DNA from: a virus
Reading direction: 5' to 3' (one strand)
DNA length: 64,000 bases
Virus record (IMG/VR): IMGVR_UViG_3300012933_000155
Location: 1 to 64,000 of that record
A model generated the notes under the pieces. It was not told the origin of the DNA. It saw only the letters and a program-made list of their open reading frames with translations, and ran no database searches. Of the stretch, positions 10,101 through 20,300 are shown piece after piece; within the stretch, counting starts at the first letter, position 1; each line of letters starts with the position of its first letter. A program made the translations under genes and the position numbers.

Positions 10101-10407
10101 TACTAGTAGTTTCGATGCTATCAAGGATAAATCAAAAGCACTATTAGGTGACCCCAAGATTCCTCCGTTGAGTTTCGGCGCGATGAAGTTTAAGTTACCG
10201 TCTCTTCCTGACGCAAAGAAATTTGATGAGCTTAAGGCTAAACTGTCAACTGAGGAAGATAACTTCTTTGCAACTCGTAAGGCTTATTGGGATGCTAAAA
10301 GTCAGTTCGGACCAGATAGTCCTGAAGCTAAGGCTGCTGAACAGACTTACAAAACGTCAACCCAGACGCTTGAGACTATCAGAAAAGACATGTCCGGACT
10401 AGCATAA
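7141..10407 (+). CDS. Central spike, gp5/VgrG-like, with a long Ala/Ser/Gly-rich C-terminal extension
   Basis: N-terminal OB-fold pattern GIVKNNIDPQRSGRVQV...PPDIGSKVICIF; beta-helix RTAGGHQIMMND...IIHSNGQSWVEL. Confidence 0.8.
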   Translation: MSENVAQVRGTSQSFKNDKGGAVTKNYPLIGIVKNNIDPQRSGRVQVFIEDFGSADSNDGSSWLTVSYMSPFFGSTSPSGGDSAGHGSYTNNPHAYGWWGSPPDIGSKVICIFVNGDVNFGYYIGGIPESGFNHMVPAIGSSTNITLNSGEAGSYGGATRLPVSEVNKGNSKLAGSSSPSNEARPVHSYLAAILNKQGLIRDPDRGTIGSSAVRESPSRVMGFSSPGRPIYEGGFTDETIKDASKTAGADSMKIAGRRGGHSVVLDDGDQSGADQLLRLRTAGGHQIMMNDSAEALFIIHSNGQSWVELGKEGTVDIYSTNSFNVRTQGDLNLHADNNVNIHAKKNLNLHAENIFVESEKDTAIKSGAKFSQHTSAEHTVKVDAAMAFASGGAAGFTSSAATHINGSKVNLNSGSSPLTPASVQSLPTIAHTDTLYDGSKGYAAAPGHLKSITSRAPAHMPWSDLGVGVDVKVNLSAEAAFPAAPSPAVQQANNGSASAPPNPTNPSLSSTVPNPQAASPSLDKNVTSALVSQAATNAATGAAANAVKTGQSVLNPVTSGGAPSVQSFSIGDSFTSALSSSTSGPTAVVGKFALNAKQLVDAGTLKPGADAIIEKALAAGKSIQNAIPTNLFTGKDGITSVSDFTKNIGAQVNAQVSLFSNAEDGLKKAGLITGAESPTQTGGLIMTAAAAGIGTAVDYAKGLMSSGTAGLGSGLSSAASGLGLKLPAGLPNLSNLTSGSPGDLMSAGKFASGLADKVTGGLSSLSSLIPANPLDSLKGTAAGAFASITSKFKTLKSGVPVNLNVINAETAAETAKAGGFDPIKAVKGMLPDPSGLGKLPGGLDSVKNMVSSLNPSSMLDKLPSLDKLKTAATGAIASATSGVTSAVGSISKLATGATSGSTSGGSISAAISKGVDGAVSSATSAISKGVDGALASATSAIGNAKGGLMAAATAGLGAGELSKLNASISAIASGGPAGIKLPTMAEATSSFDAIKDKSKALLGDPKIPPLSFGAMKFKLPSLPDAKKFDELKAKLSTEEDNFFATRKAYWDAKSQFGPDSPEAKAAEQTYKTSTQTLETIRKDMSGLA
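9866..9966 (+). repeat. In-frame 45-nt tandem repeat (AISKGVDGA[VL][SA]SATS x2)
   Basis: gcaatctcaaagggagttgacggagcagtatcatcagcaacatca followed by gctatttctaaaggagttgacggggcactagcatctgcaacatca. Confidence 0.85.
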
Positions 10408-10410
10408 ATA
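10403..10410 (+). promoter_or_regulatory. Late promoter CATAAATA (overlaps the upstream stop codon)
   Basis: Motif match 18 nt before the gp25-like ATG. Confidence 0.55.
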
Positions 10411-10428
10411 TATTAATAGGAACTTATC

Positions 10429-10878
10429 ATGCCAACCTTCATCGGATTTTCAACACAGAATGCTAACAAACAAAAACAATCAGAGTTCCAATTAGGCGTT
10501 GAAGGTGGCGTGGGTTTTAATAGAGCAGTAACTGGATATGGGAAGAAATTCCGATTGACTGACGAGCAGTTAGTGATTCAAAACTTCATTAACTCTCTCA
10601 ATATTCCTTTAGGACAGAAGCCGGGCATGCCTAGTTACGGCACATCTCTATGGGGATTCATCTTTGAACCTAACGTACCTGACGTACAAAGTCAGATCCA
10701 GACTGAGATTAGTAGAATGGCGGGACTAGACCCTAGAATCATTCTAGGTAACGTAGTAGCGTACCCGCAAGACAATGGTATTCTAATAGAAGTTGAGTTA
10801 GCTATAGCGCCTTTTAACGAAGCAAAAACACTATCAATATATTTTGACGAAGGTGCCGCAAAAGCATTCGGAGTCTAA
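10429..10878 (+). CDS. Baseplate wedge protein, gp25-like
   Basis: LVIQNFINSLNIPLGQKPGMPSYGTSLWGFIFEP...DPRIIL is the GPW/gp25 family pattern. Confidence 0.88.
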   Translation: MPTFIGFSTQNANKQKQSEFQLGVEGGVGFNRAVTGYGKKFRLTDEQLVIQNFINSLNIPLGQKPGMPSYGTSLWGFIFEPNVPDVQSQIQTEISRMAGLDPRIILGNVVAYPQDNGILIEVELAIAPFNEAKTLSIYFDEGAAKAFGV

Positions 10879-10897
10879 AATCGCCATATTTTTGTAT

Positions 10898-10905
10898 GAT
10901 AAATA
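10898..10905 (+). promoter_or_regulatory. Late promoter GATAAATA
   Basis: Intergenic motif 17 nt before the gp6-like ATG. Confidence 0.65.
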
Positions 10906-10922
10906 CATAAAAGAGAATAGAT

Positions 10923-13900
10923 ATGGCTACATCCTCACGACAATCCTCAATATTCGGCGTAAATGATTGGAAGGCAATCTACCAAACATTTAGTCAAGCC
11001 GACCTTCAAAGTTACGACTATGAGACCCTACGCAAGAGTTTCATTGACTATCTACGAGCAAACTATCCAGAGACGTTTAACGACTACACTGAGAGTTCAG
11101 AATTCATTGCATTACTTGACGTAATTGCTTACATGGGGCAAGCACTTGCTTTCCGTGATGATTTGAATACCCGTGAAAACTTCATCGATACAGCAGAACG
11201 TAGAGATTCGGTTATCAAGTTAGCAAACTTAGTGGGATACAATCCAAAAAGAAACATTGCAGGTCAAGGTTTCTTGAAAGTCACTAGTGTTAAAACTTCT
11301 GAACAAGTTAAAGATATCAATGGTTTATTCTTGAATAATTTGACAATTCTTTGGAATGACCCTAGTAACCCTAACTGGCAAGAACAGTTTAACTCGGTTC
11401 TCAACGCTGCATTAGTTAATAGTCAGCGTGTGGGTCGTCCTGGACATTCTAAGAGTATCTTAGGTATCAAGACAGACGAGTACTCAGTTAACCTAACATC
11501 TAACTCTCTTCCAGCTATACAATTTACCGCTGATATTAACGGTACTAGTACTGACTTTGAAGTAGTAAGCACCACTAGCTTGAATGAAGATTACGTGTAC
11601 GAAGTGCCACCTTCACCAAAGGGGACATTCAACATGTTATACCGTAATGACAACTTAGGTTACGGTAGCCCAAACACAGGTTTCTTCTTGTACTTCAAGC
11701 AAGGTTCACTACAAACTTATGACTTCAACATCAGTCAAAAAATAAGCAATCAAGTAGTTGATATCCCTTTACAATACGTAAACGATAGCGATACATGGTT
11801 ATACGAAGTAGATCCTATTACGGGTGAACAAGTTTCTTGGGAAAAAGTTGACAGCGTGTATGCTAACTCTTACTTGCAAACAGGAAGTAACACTAAGAAA
11901 ATCTTCTCAGTGTTGTCAGGCTTCAACGACCAAGTAAGTTATACTTTCGGTGACGGAGTCTTTAGTAAGATACCTACTGGCATCTTCAAGGCTTACTTAC
12001 GTGTTAGCAACGCAATGGAATATTCAATTGATCCAGTTGAAATGCAAAACATCAACATTGAAATTCCCTATGTTAGTAGAACTAACCGTGTTGAAACATT
12101 ATCGGTAACACTTGATTTACAACTACCTGTGACAAACGCACAGACTAGAGAAAGTTTAGCAAGTATTAAGGAACGTGCACCTACTCGTTACTATACCCAG
12201 AATAGAATGGTTAACGGTGAAGACTATAATAACTTCCCCTATACATTGTATGGGTCAATCATTAAGAGCAAAGCCCTTAACCGCAGCAGCGTGGGTGTGT
12301 CTCGTAACTTAGACTTACTAGATCCTACAGCAAAGTACTCAAGTACAAACAACTTCGCAGATGACGGTGGTTTATATATCGACACTGACGACGGATATTT
12401 GAACTTCACATTCTCAAGCACAAATGACATTGCGGCATTCTTGACGCAAAACATTGCTAAAGTTTTGCAAGGACATAGAGTACTTCAACACTACGTTCAA
12501 CATTATGCTCGTTACGACTTAAAAGAATCACTAGGTGTTAGCACGTTCACTCCTGTATTGTGGCATCAAACTAGTATTTCCTCACTAGAAGCCACTGGCT
12601 ATTTCAGAACAATTAATGGTTCTATCCCATTAGGTTCATATAGCTCAAGTACTTCACGCTTTATCACACCTGGTGCTATGATTAAGTTTACTGCACCTTC
12701 AGGTCAATATTTCAATGACCGTAGAAGATTAGTGTCTGGTATACCTACTACACCAGAGAGTACTTATTTCTGGGCTACTGTATTGGGCGTTGTTACTGAC
12801 GGTTACAATAACGGACTAGGAAACTTGGCAAGCGGTAGAGGACCAGTGACACTTAACACGTCGGTACCAGAAGGTGCGATTGCAAGTGTTGTTATACCTG
12901 CGTTCGGCAACACCATCCCCAATACAGTATTACAAGAATGTATTGCTAAGGCTGTATTGAACCAAAGTTTTAGTTTGTCGTTTAACAATTCATTGTTGGC
13001 AACTCAGACTAGATGGAGTGTTACTGATTATCCTATTGATGATTATGTTTTAAGATTCCAGTCTGTTGGTTCAGACAGATATCTAGTAACCTACAAATCA
13101 GTAGCATATTACTTTGGTAGCGTTAGAGAAATTAGATTCACATTTGATAGCGATAAGGTAGTGTATGACCCATCATCTGGTAAATTGCTACAAGACCATA
13201 TCACCATCTTGAAAACTAATAGCCAGCCTAACAGCAGCAATGCATTACAGAATGATACCGTACTTAACTCAGTTGGTTTGTACGTAGAGTCTGACGGCTA
13301 TGTTGATGACTATGCAATTGAAATTTCTTCAAGAGATGCTAACAACAAAACAGTTTTAGTTGATCCTGACTTCTTTAATAGAATCACTGGTTATAATGTA
13401 ACTGGTGCAAATTCTAATAGCTTTGTTTTCTTTAAACAAACAATCGATGCAAACTTGTTAACTCGTTATGAGATGGCAGCTGCCAATGAAGTAGTGTATG
13501 CGTACACAACTCACGCTGCAATTGAAAATGTTAAGTATGAGTTTATGGTTGGGCAAGTGTTCTACACTTATCCTGACGGAAAGTTCTATGTAATTAATGA
13601 GAGCAGCACAGTACAGAATATTGTTACTGTTGATGAAATCACTAACTATAAAGCAGTTACGGGTAGACAAGGCTTGCACTTCCAATATAAGCACACGTCA
13701 GGTAACACTACAAGAATTGATCCAGCGACTAGCAACATCATCGACTTGTATGTAGTAACTCAAAGCTACTATACTCAGTACAAGAATTGGATTCAAGACT
13801 CTAGCAATGTAATCACAGAGCCTGCTATCCCTGATATCAATGAGCTACGTCAGTCATATGGTAAAGTAAATGATTATAAAATGCTAACTGATAGCGTTAT

Positions 13901-14291
13901 CTTAAACAGTGTTCGCTTCAAGCCTTTGTTTGGTGCTAAGGCTGATCCTGCTTTACGTGCAACTATCAAAGTTATTAAGGCATCTACTACGACAGCAAGT
14001 GATAGCGAAATTCGCTCATCGGTGCTCAGTGAGATGAACAAGTACTTTTCGATTGACAACTGGAACTTCGGAGATACATTCTATTTCTCTGAACTAAGTG
14101 CATATCTACATAGTACTATTGGAGATTTAGTGAACTCGGTCGTTCTAGTTCCTAATGACCCTAGTTTAAAGTTTGGTGAGCTATACGAGATTCGTAGCGC
14201 ACCTTACGAAATTTTTGTTAACGCTGCCCAAGCTACTGACATCACAGTAATTTCTGCGTTGACCCCATCTGAACTACAGATAAGTAAGTAA
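10923..14291 (+). CDS. Baseplate wedge protein, gp6-like
   Basis: DYETLRKSFIDYL...FNDYTESSEFIALLDVIAY...ENFIDTAERRDSV and TQNRMVNGEDY are gp6/baseplate-J signatures. Confidence 0.88.
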   Translation: MATSSRQSSIFGVNDWKAIYQTFSQADLQSYDYETLRKSFIDYLRANYPETFNDYTESSEFIALLDVIAYMGQALAFRDDLNTRENFIDTAERRDSVIKLANLVGYNPKRNIAGQGFLKVTSVKTSEQVKDINGLFLNNLTILWNDPSNPNWQEQFNSVLNAALVNSQRVGRPGHSKSILGIKTDEYSVNLTSNSLPAIQFTADINGTSTDFEVVSTTSLNEDYVYEVPPSPKGTFNMLYRNDNLGYGSPNTGFFLYFKQGSLQTYDFNISQKISNQVVDIPLQYVNDSDTWLYEVDPITGEQVSWEKVDSVYANSYLQTGSNTKKIFSVLSGFNDQVSYTFGDGVFSKIPTGIFKAYLRVSNAMEYSIDPVEMQNINIEIPYVSRTNRVETLSVTLDLQLPVTNAQTRESLASIKERAPTRYYTQNRMVNGEDYNNFPYTLYGSIIKSKALNRSSVGVSRNLDLLDPTAKYSSTNNFADDGGLYIDTDDGYLNFTFSSTNDIAAFLTQNIAKVLQGHRVLQHYVQHYARYDLKESLGVSTFTPVLWHQTSISSLEATGYFRTINGSIPLGSYSSSTSRFITPGAMIKFTAPSGQYFNDRRRLVSGIPTTPESTYFWATVLGVVTDGYNNGLGNLASGRGPVTLNTSVPEGAIASVVIPAFGNTIPNTVLQECIAKAVLNQSFSLSFNNSLLATQTRWSVTDYPIDDYVLRFQSVGSDRYLVTYKSVAYYFGSVREIRFTFDSDKVVYDPSSGKLLQDHITILKTNSQPNSSNALQNDTVLNSVGLYVESDGYVDDYAIEISSRDANNKTVLVDPDFFNRITGYNVTGANSNSFVFFKQTIDANLLTRYEMAAANEVVYAYTTHAAIENVKYEFMVGQVFYTYPDGKFYVINESSTVQNIVTVDEITNYKAVTGRQGLHFQYKHTSGNTTRIDPATSNIIDLYVVTQSYYTQYKNWIQDSSNVITEPAIPDINELRQSYGKVNDYKMLTDSVILNSVRFKPLFGAKADPALRATIKVIKASTTTASDSEIRSSVLSEMNKYFSIDNWNFGDTFYFSELSAYLHSTIGDLVNSVVLVPNDPSLKFGELYEIRSAPYEIFVNAAQATDITVISALTPSELQISK

Positions 14292-14312
14292 TATATAATA
14301 GGTAATTTTATA

Positions 14313-17300
14313 ATGGTAACACGAATTAGAACGATTGATTTTCTGCCAGAAGTTTTTAAGACTAAGACTAACGAGCAGTTCCTAAGTGCAACTTTGGATC
14401 AGTTAGTTAAGCAACCCAACACTGAAAAAGTTCAGGGTTACATCGGTAGTAAGTTCGGGTATGGCGTAAAGACTGATGATAGTTATGTCGTTGAAAAGAG
14501 TAAAAGTCGTAATGATTACCAACTAGAGCCGGCAATTGTTTTTAAGAAAACAGGTACCAACGAAGTAATTGATTTGATGACGTATGAAGGCATGATTGAT
14601 GCCCTGAGAAACGAAGGCGGCATTGTAGAAGACAATAATCGTTTGTTCTCTAACCAGTTCTATTCTTGGGACAGCTTCACTGACCTAGATAAGTTGATTA
14701 ACTACGGACAGTACTACTGGTTACCTAATGGTCCAGAGTCTGTTGGTGTTACTAACGCAAGCGTTTACTTTAACGTAACGTATGATGTTACTAAGGGAGC
14801 GAACTCATATGACTTCGCTGCGGACACTGTACCGTTGAAGACCTCTAACCCAACGTTGTCGTTAATGCGCGGCGGTACTTATACCTTTAACGTTAGCCAA
14901 GATTCTCCTTTCTATATTCAAGGTGCACCAGGAATCAATGGAACTGATCCTGCTAGACCCAACATCAATACTCGTGATATTTTAGGTCTATCTGAAAATG
15001 GTGTGTCGGAAGGTACGTTCACCTTTACTGTCCCGTTTGCTAACGAACAAGATAACATGAATTTCCCGGGCAACACTGAAGTAGATTTAGTGACTCGTTT
15101 ATCATTTGACCAGGTTCACGGCAAACCTGTACGTGAGTTAAAATCTATCGATGGCATTACATCGTTAGATGGTAAGACTTTGCTTTTCTTTGGTGCAAAG
15201 CAAGATGACCGTGGCTACTTGGGCGACTTGTTTGCCAGCACACCTTTTGGTGTTGATAACCCTAATGCTAGTTCAACTGACGTTTTCGAAGACGGTCAAT
15301 ATACTAACATCGCTGACAACATCTATCAAATTACCTATCAAGGTACAGGGTTAGATGCAGTTATTTCACTTGTAGAATTCCACCAAGTACCTAATAACCA
15401 AAAGATAACCGCCGTATACGGTGAAGAATTCATTGCTAGAACTTTCATTAAGCCTAGCTTTGGTGACTTATACATGATTCCGTTTTTAAGCGCAAGACTT
15501 GATACTCTGTATTACCAAGACGGTAGTAGTGACGGCGTGTTCGGCAAGATTAGAATCTTAGAACAATTATCTGACTACACCATTGATGTACAAGACGACA
15601 TCATCGGACAAAAGACATACACTAGTCCTAACGGCGTTCGATTCACAAACGGATTGAAAGTTAACTTCTCTGGGTTCATCTATCCAGAAACTTATAAAAC
15701 AGGTAATTACTATGTTGAAGGTGTAGGCGAAAGTATTAATTTAATACCAGTTGACGAGTTGGTCGTTCCAGAACCCTTCACTGAAAACTTTAGTAGCCCA
15801 TTTGAAGTCAAGGCTTTTGACTTAGAATCATTCGGTTCTGCATTGTCAGTGCCTACTTCGAAAGACTTCATAACTATCAATCGTAATAGCAATGATAGAA
15901 ACGCTTGGAGTAGAAGCAACAGATGGTTCCATTATGACGTTTTGGCTCAGACGATTGAGCGTAACCCTAACAGCCCTATCGCACAGGCAGCACTTAGTGG
16001 CACCACTGCAAGAGCTAACAGACCCATCATCGAGTTCTACCCTAACCTACGATTGTTCAATCACGGGACTGAGTACAAAGCACCGGTTGACTACATTGAT
16101 TTCACTTCAACAGACGCACTCAATACTATTCCAGGTAATACTCAGATTTTAATTGACGGTCAACTATCTGATATCTCTGATGGCGCACGAATTATATTTG
16201 CCGCAGACAATAACGTTGAAGTCCGTGGTAAGATATTTGTAGTTACTAATACCAAAATTACTGAAACAGGCCCTAGTACAATAGTATTGTCTCCGGCTAC
16301 TGACGGAACAGTGAATGCTGACCAACAAATTATTATTACCACTGGTGCGAATCAAGGTAAGTCATTTTACTTTGACGGCACTAACTGGATAATGAGTCAG
16401 CAAAAGACTCTAGTAAACCAGCCTCCTAAGTTTGACATTTTTGATTCTAACGGAATTAGCTTTAGTGCTCAGGAATATTACCCAGGTTCTGACTTCAGTG
16501 GTTGTACACTATTCGAATTTGCCACTGGTGTCGGTGCAGATGATCCTGTCTTAGGAATCCCTTTAGCCTATAGCTCTGTTGAAAATATCGGAGACATTCA
16601 ATTCAATATCTCATTGAATAGCGAGTCATTCTCGTTTACTGACGGTTTAACATCTAGAACTTTTCCTGTAAGTTATGGTTATGTTTACAAGTATTCAGAC
16701 AGAACAACATATGCTCGTCAAATCGGATGGCAGACAGCCGCAGGTCCTAGCTTCCAGTATCAAGTTTTCAACTATACAGGTACTGACTTATTGGGTCCTG
16801 ACTTTCAGTGCGATATCATTCCAAAGGATCAAGCAGACTCAGCATGGCCTGTACTAGTGGTATATCTAAACAACACTCGTTTGCTACCTAGCGAATACAC
16901 AGTGACCTCAGTTAGTGGGAAGACAACCGTTAGCATTCTTTCATTCACTTCTGCTGATTCAGTTCAGATTATGGTATACAGCGACCAAGTGAGTAAGATT
17001 GGTTACTACCAAATTCCTGACAACTTTGATAGCAACCCTTTCAACTATCCAGTCACATCAGTTCACTTAGGAGACGTCCGCGGTCATTTTAAGAGTATTT
17101 GTAACAACAGGTTAGACCTAGTAGGTGACTCGTTTGGCGCAAATAACTACCGAGACTTAGGTAATGTGGTTCCCTATGGAACAAAAATTATTCAAAACTC
17201 AGGCTCAATGGGTACCCCTGCGATTTACCTTAGAAATAAAGAATACAATATTTTTGACTCATTATCATATAACGCTAATGAGTACATTAAGTTCAAGGCA

Positions 17301-20300
17301 TTACTAGTCAACACCGTAACGAACGGTGACTATAACACCTACCAGCAAGTAGATGAGATTTTAGATGACGTACTTAATAGTATTGCTGCAATCCGTAGTG
17401 AAAGCAATCCGTTCTATTGGAGTGACATGGTTCCTTCAAAGAGCCCGGTCGTCAACAAAACATACCCAATCGCTAACGTAATCAATAAAGTAGATTACCC
17501 ACTGAGCCGAATTTATAGTTTTACTAAAGCTAACTATTATTCAGTTTTAGTATATGTAACTACCACAGTCGAAGGTGTTAAGACAAAGAATCAACTAGTG
17601 AGAGATGTTGACTATGTAGTTAGCGAAACAGAACCTAAAGTAACGTTGACATATAATCTTGCTGCCGGTGATGTAGTTAACATCAAAGAGTACGACCAAA
17701 CGTTTGGTAGCTTTGTTCCTAACACCCCTACTAAGAATGGTTTGTATCCAAAGACAGAACCTGAAATTGAGACATACACAACTTACTTAACTCCAACGTC
17801 ATTCATCGTTGGTCATGATAACTCATACACTAAAACATACGGTGATGTAGTTAACGGTGAACTAACTGACTTACGTGATAAAGTATTGTTTGAATATGAA
17901 AAACGAGTATACAACAACCTTAAAGTAACTGCTAAGATTCCGTTGTTACGAGAAGATATCTTCCCTGGACAATTTAGAAAAACTGAGTTCTCTTATGAAG
18001 AAGTACAACAGTTGTATGCTACACAGTTCTTGAACTGGGCTGGACAAAATAGAATCGATTATAAATCTCAGTTCTATTCTATGACAGAAGATTTTACTTG
18101 GAACTACAATCAGGCTAGAAACAAATTAGATAACACTGAGCTGAAGCAAGGTAACTGGAGAGGTATTTACATTTGGTTGTATGATACGCACAGCCCTGAC
18201 TCTTCTCCTTGGGAGATGTTAGGTTACTCATCTAAGCCATCTTGGTGGGTTAGCCGTTATGGTTCTGCACCTTATACTAGTGAGAACGATTTGCTATGGG
18301 GCGACTTAGAAAAAGGCTTCGACTACAACGACGGTGCCTCTTTCATCAATCCTAAATTTGCAAGACCCGGACTCTCTCAAATTTTACCAGTAGATACTCT
18401 GGGTAGATTATTGCCACCGTCTATGTCTACAGTTGGGTATTCAGAAGCAGCTAACTACAATCGTAGTTGGAAGGTTGGAGATGTAGGTCCTGCAGAATTC
18501 AGCTACTTAAAGAGTAGCACTTGGCCCTTCGATTTGATGCGAATATTCGCTTTGACTAAGCCTCCTGTATTCTTCACCCAAGGTCTTGATTTAGACTCTT
18601 ATCGTTATAACGAAGAATTTAATCAATTCTTGGTGTTTGACAGATTCCGAGCTGCTCCTAGCGACTTGGTAGTATACGGTGGCGGCACTGGAAAAACAAG
18701 AGCTGAGATTGAGGGATATGCTTCCCACTCTATTAACTCATGGGTCGTAGATTATTTGCGTCAGTTTGGTATCTCTGGTAGTAATGATATTGCAAACATG
18801 ATTAAAGAGATTCAGGTGAATTTAGTATATCGTGTTTCAGGCTTTACTGATAAAGATATGATGAAGTTCTACATGGAAAAGGGAAGCCCTAACAGCAAGA
18901 ACAGTTCATTGTTGATACCTGAAGAAAGCTATAGCATCTTATTGTATGAGAACCAACCGTTTGATAAAATTACATATAGTAGTGTAATCGTACAAAAAAC
19001 TGAAAACGGTTATACTGTTAGCGGTAATAGCCAAGACAGAGCATTCTTCCAAACATTAGTGCCAAAGTCAAATGGTAGTTTCGAAGAAATCGTTGTCAAC
19101 TCAGTATCTATTAAGATTCCAAAAGACGCATCAAATGATGTTGCGATAGTTCCCTACGGTACTGAATTCTCATCATATCAAGGTGTATGTACTTTCTTAG
19201 CTAACTACGGAAGATTCTTAGAATCACGTGGTATGGTCTTCGACACATTAGAAAACAACATCCAAGTTACTTGGAAACAGATGGTCAATGAATTACTATA
19301 CTGGTTAACTTCTGGATGGGAAGTAGGTAGTATTGTAAGTATTAACCCTGCAGCTAATGAGCTAGTAGTTAATAGAACTGAGAGTGTAGTTCAATCATTG
19401 ACATTATCAAAGCAAAATTATGCGTTGGATCAAAATCTAATTCCTATCCAACTTAAAGATTTAGGCGTCTATCGCAGCGGTACCGAGTTTAGACTTACTG
19501 CATTGAGTGATAAACAAACTATCTCTTACTTCTCTGCTGGACTAAGCAACGTTGAGCACGTAGTAGTTTTCGACAACACTACTATCTTTAATGATACTGT
19601 CTTTAACGTAGTCACTGGATTGCGTCAACAACGCTTGTTTGTTCGCGGCATTAAAACGGCTGATTGGGACGGCACGTTCGATACTCAAGGTTTTATTCTT
19701 AACCAAGATAACGTAGAGGACTGGCAAGAGAATCAAAAGTATACTAAGGGTGTAATCGTCTTCCACAAGAACAATTACTGGGTTGCTAACACTATGATTC
19801 AACCTAATGTTGACTTCACTAAGCAAGATTGGATCAAAACAGATTATGAATTAATCTCTAAAGGAATGTTACCTAACGCAAGTACTCGTGCATTTGAAAG
19901 CACGTTATACTATGATGCTGCCAGAAGCAATTTAAACAGTGACGCTGATTTACTGAGCTTCTCGTTAGTGGGATATAGACCTAGAGATTACTTGTCTCAA
20001 GCAAACATTACTGACATTTCCCAGTTCAACATTTTCAAAGACATTATTAAGTCAAAGGGAACGTTCAACAGCATTAACATCTTGAATGGTGCGGAACTTC
20101 CACAAGGTACTGTAAACTATCAAGTTTATGAAAACTGGGCAATCAAGAGTGCCGAGTACGGTGGTTTGGTAAATCAAAACTTTGTTGAGTTTGGATTGAA
20201 CAAACAATTACTAACTGGTAACCCTAGCATCGTTGGATTAACTTCAGGCTATGAAGTACCTGGTGTACAGCAACATGTAACTTTAAACAACATCACTAAT

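Noticed and set aside
9234-10157. 307-aa minus-strand ORF, plus similar antisense ORFs (4428-4817, 5511-5876, 30981-31415, 57165-57599, 58470-58865 and others)
   Set aside because: These are shadow frames of A/S/G/T-rich genes with no SD, promoter or recognisable motif.
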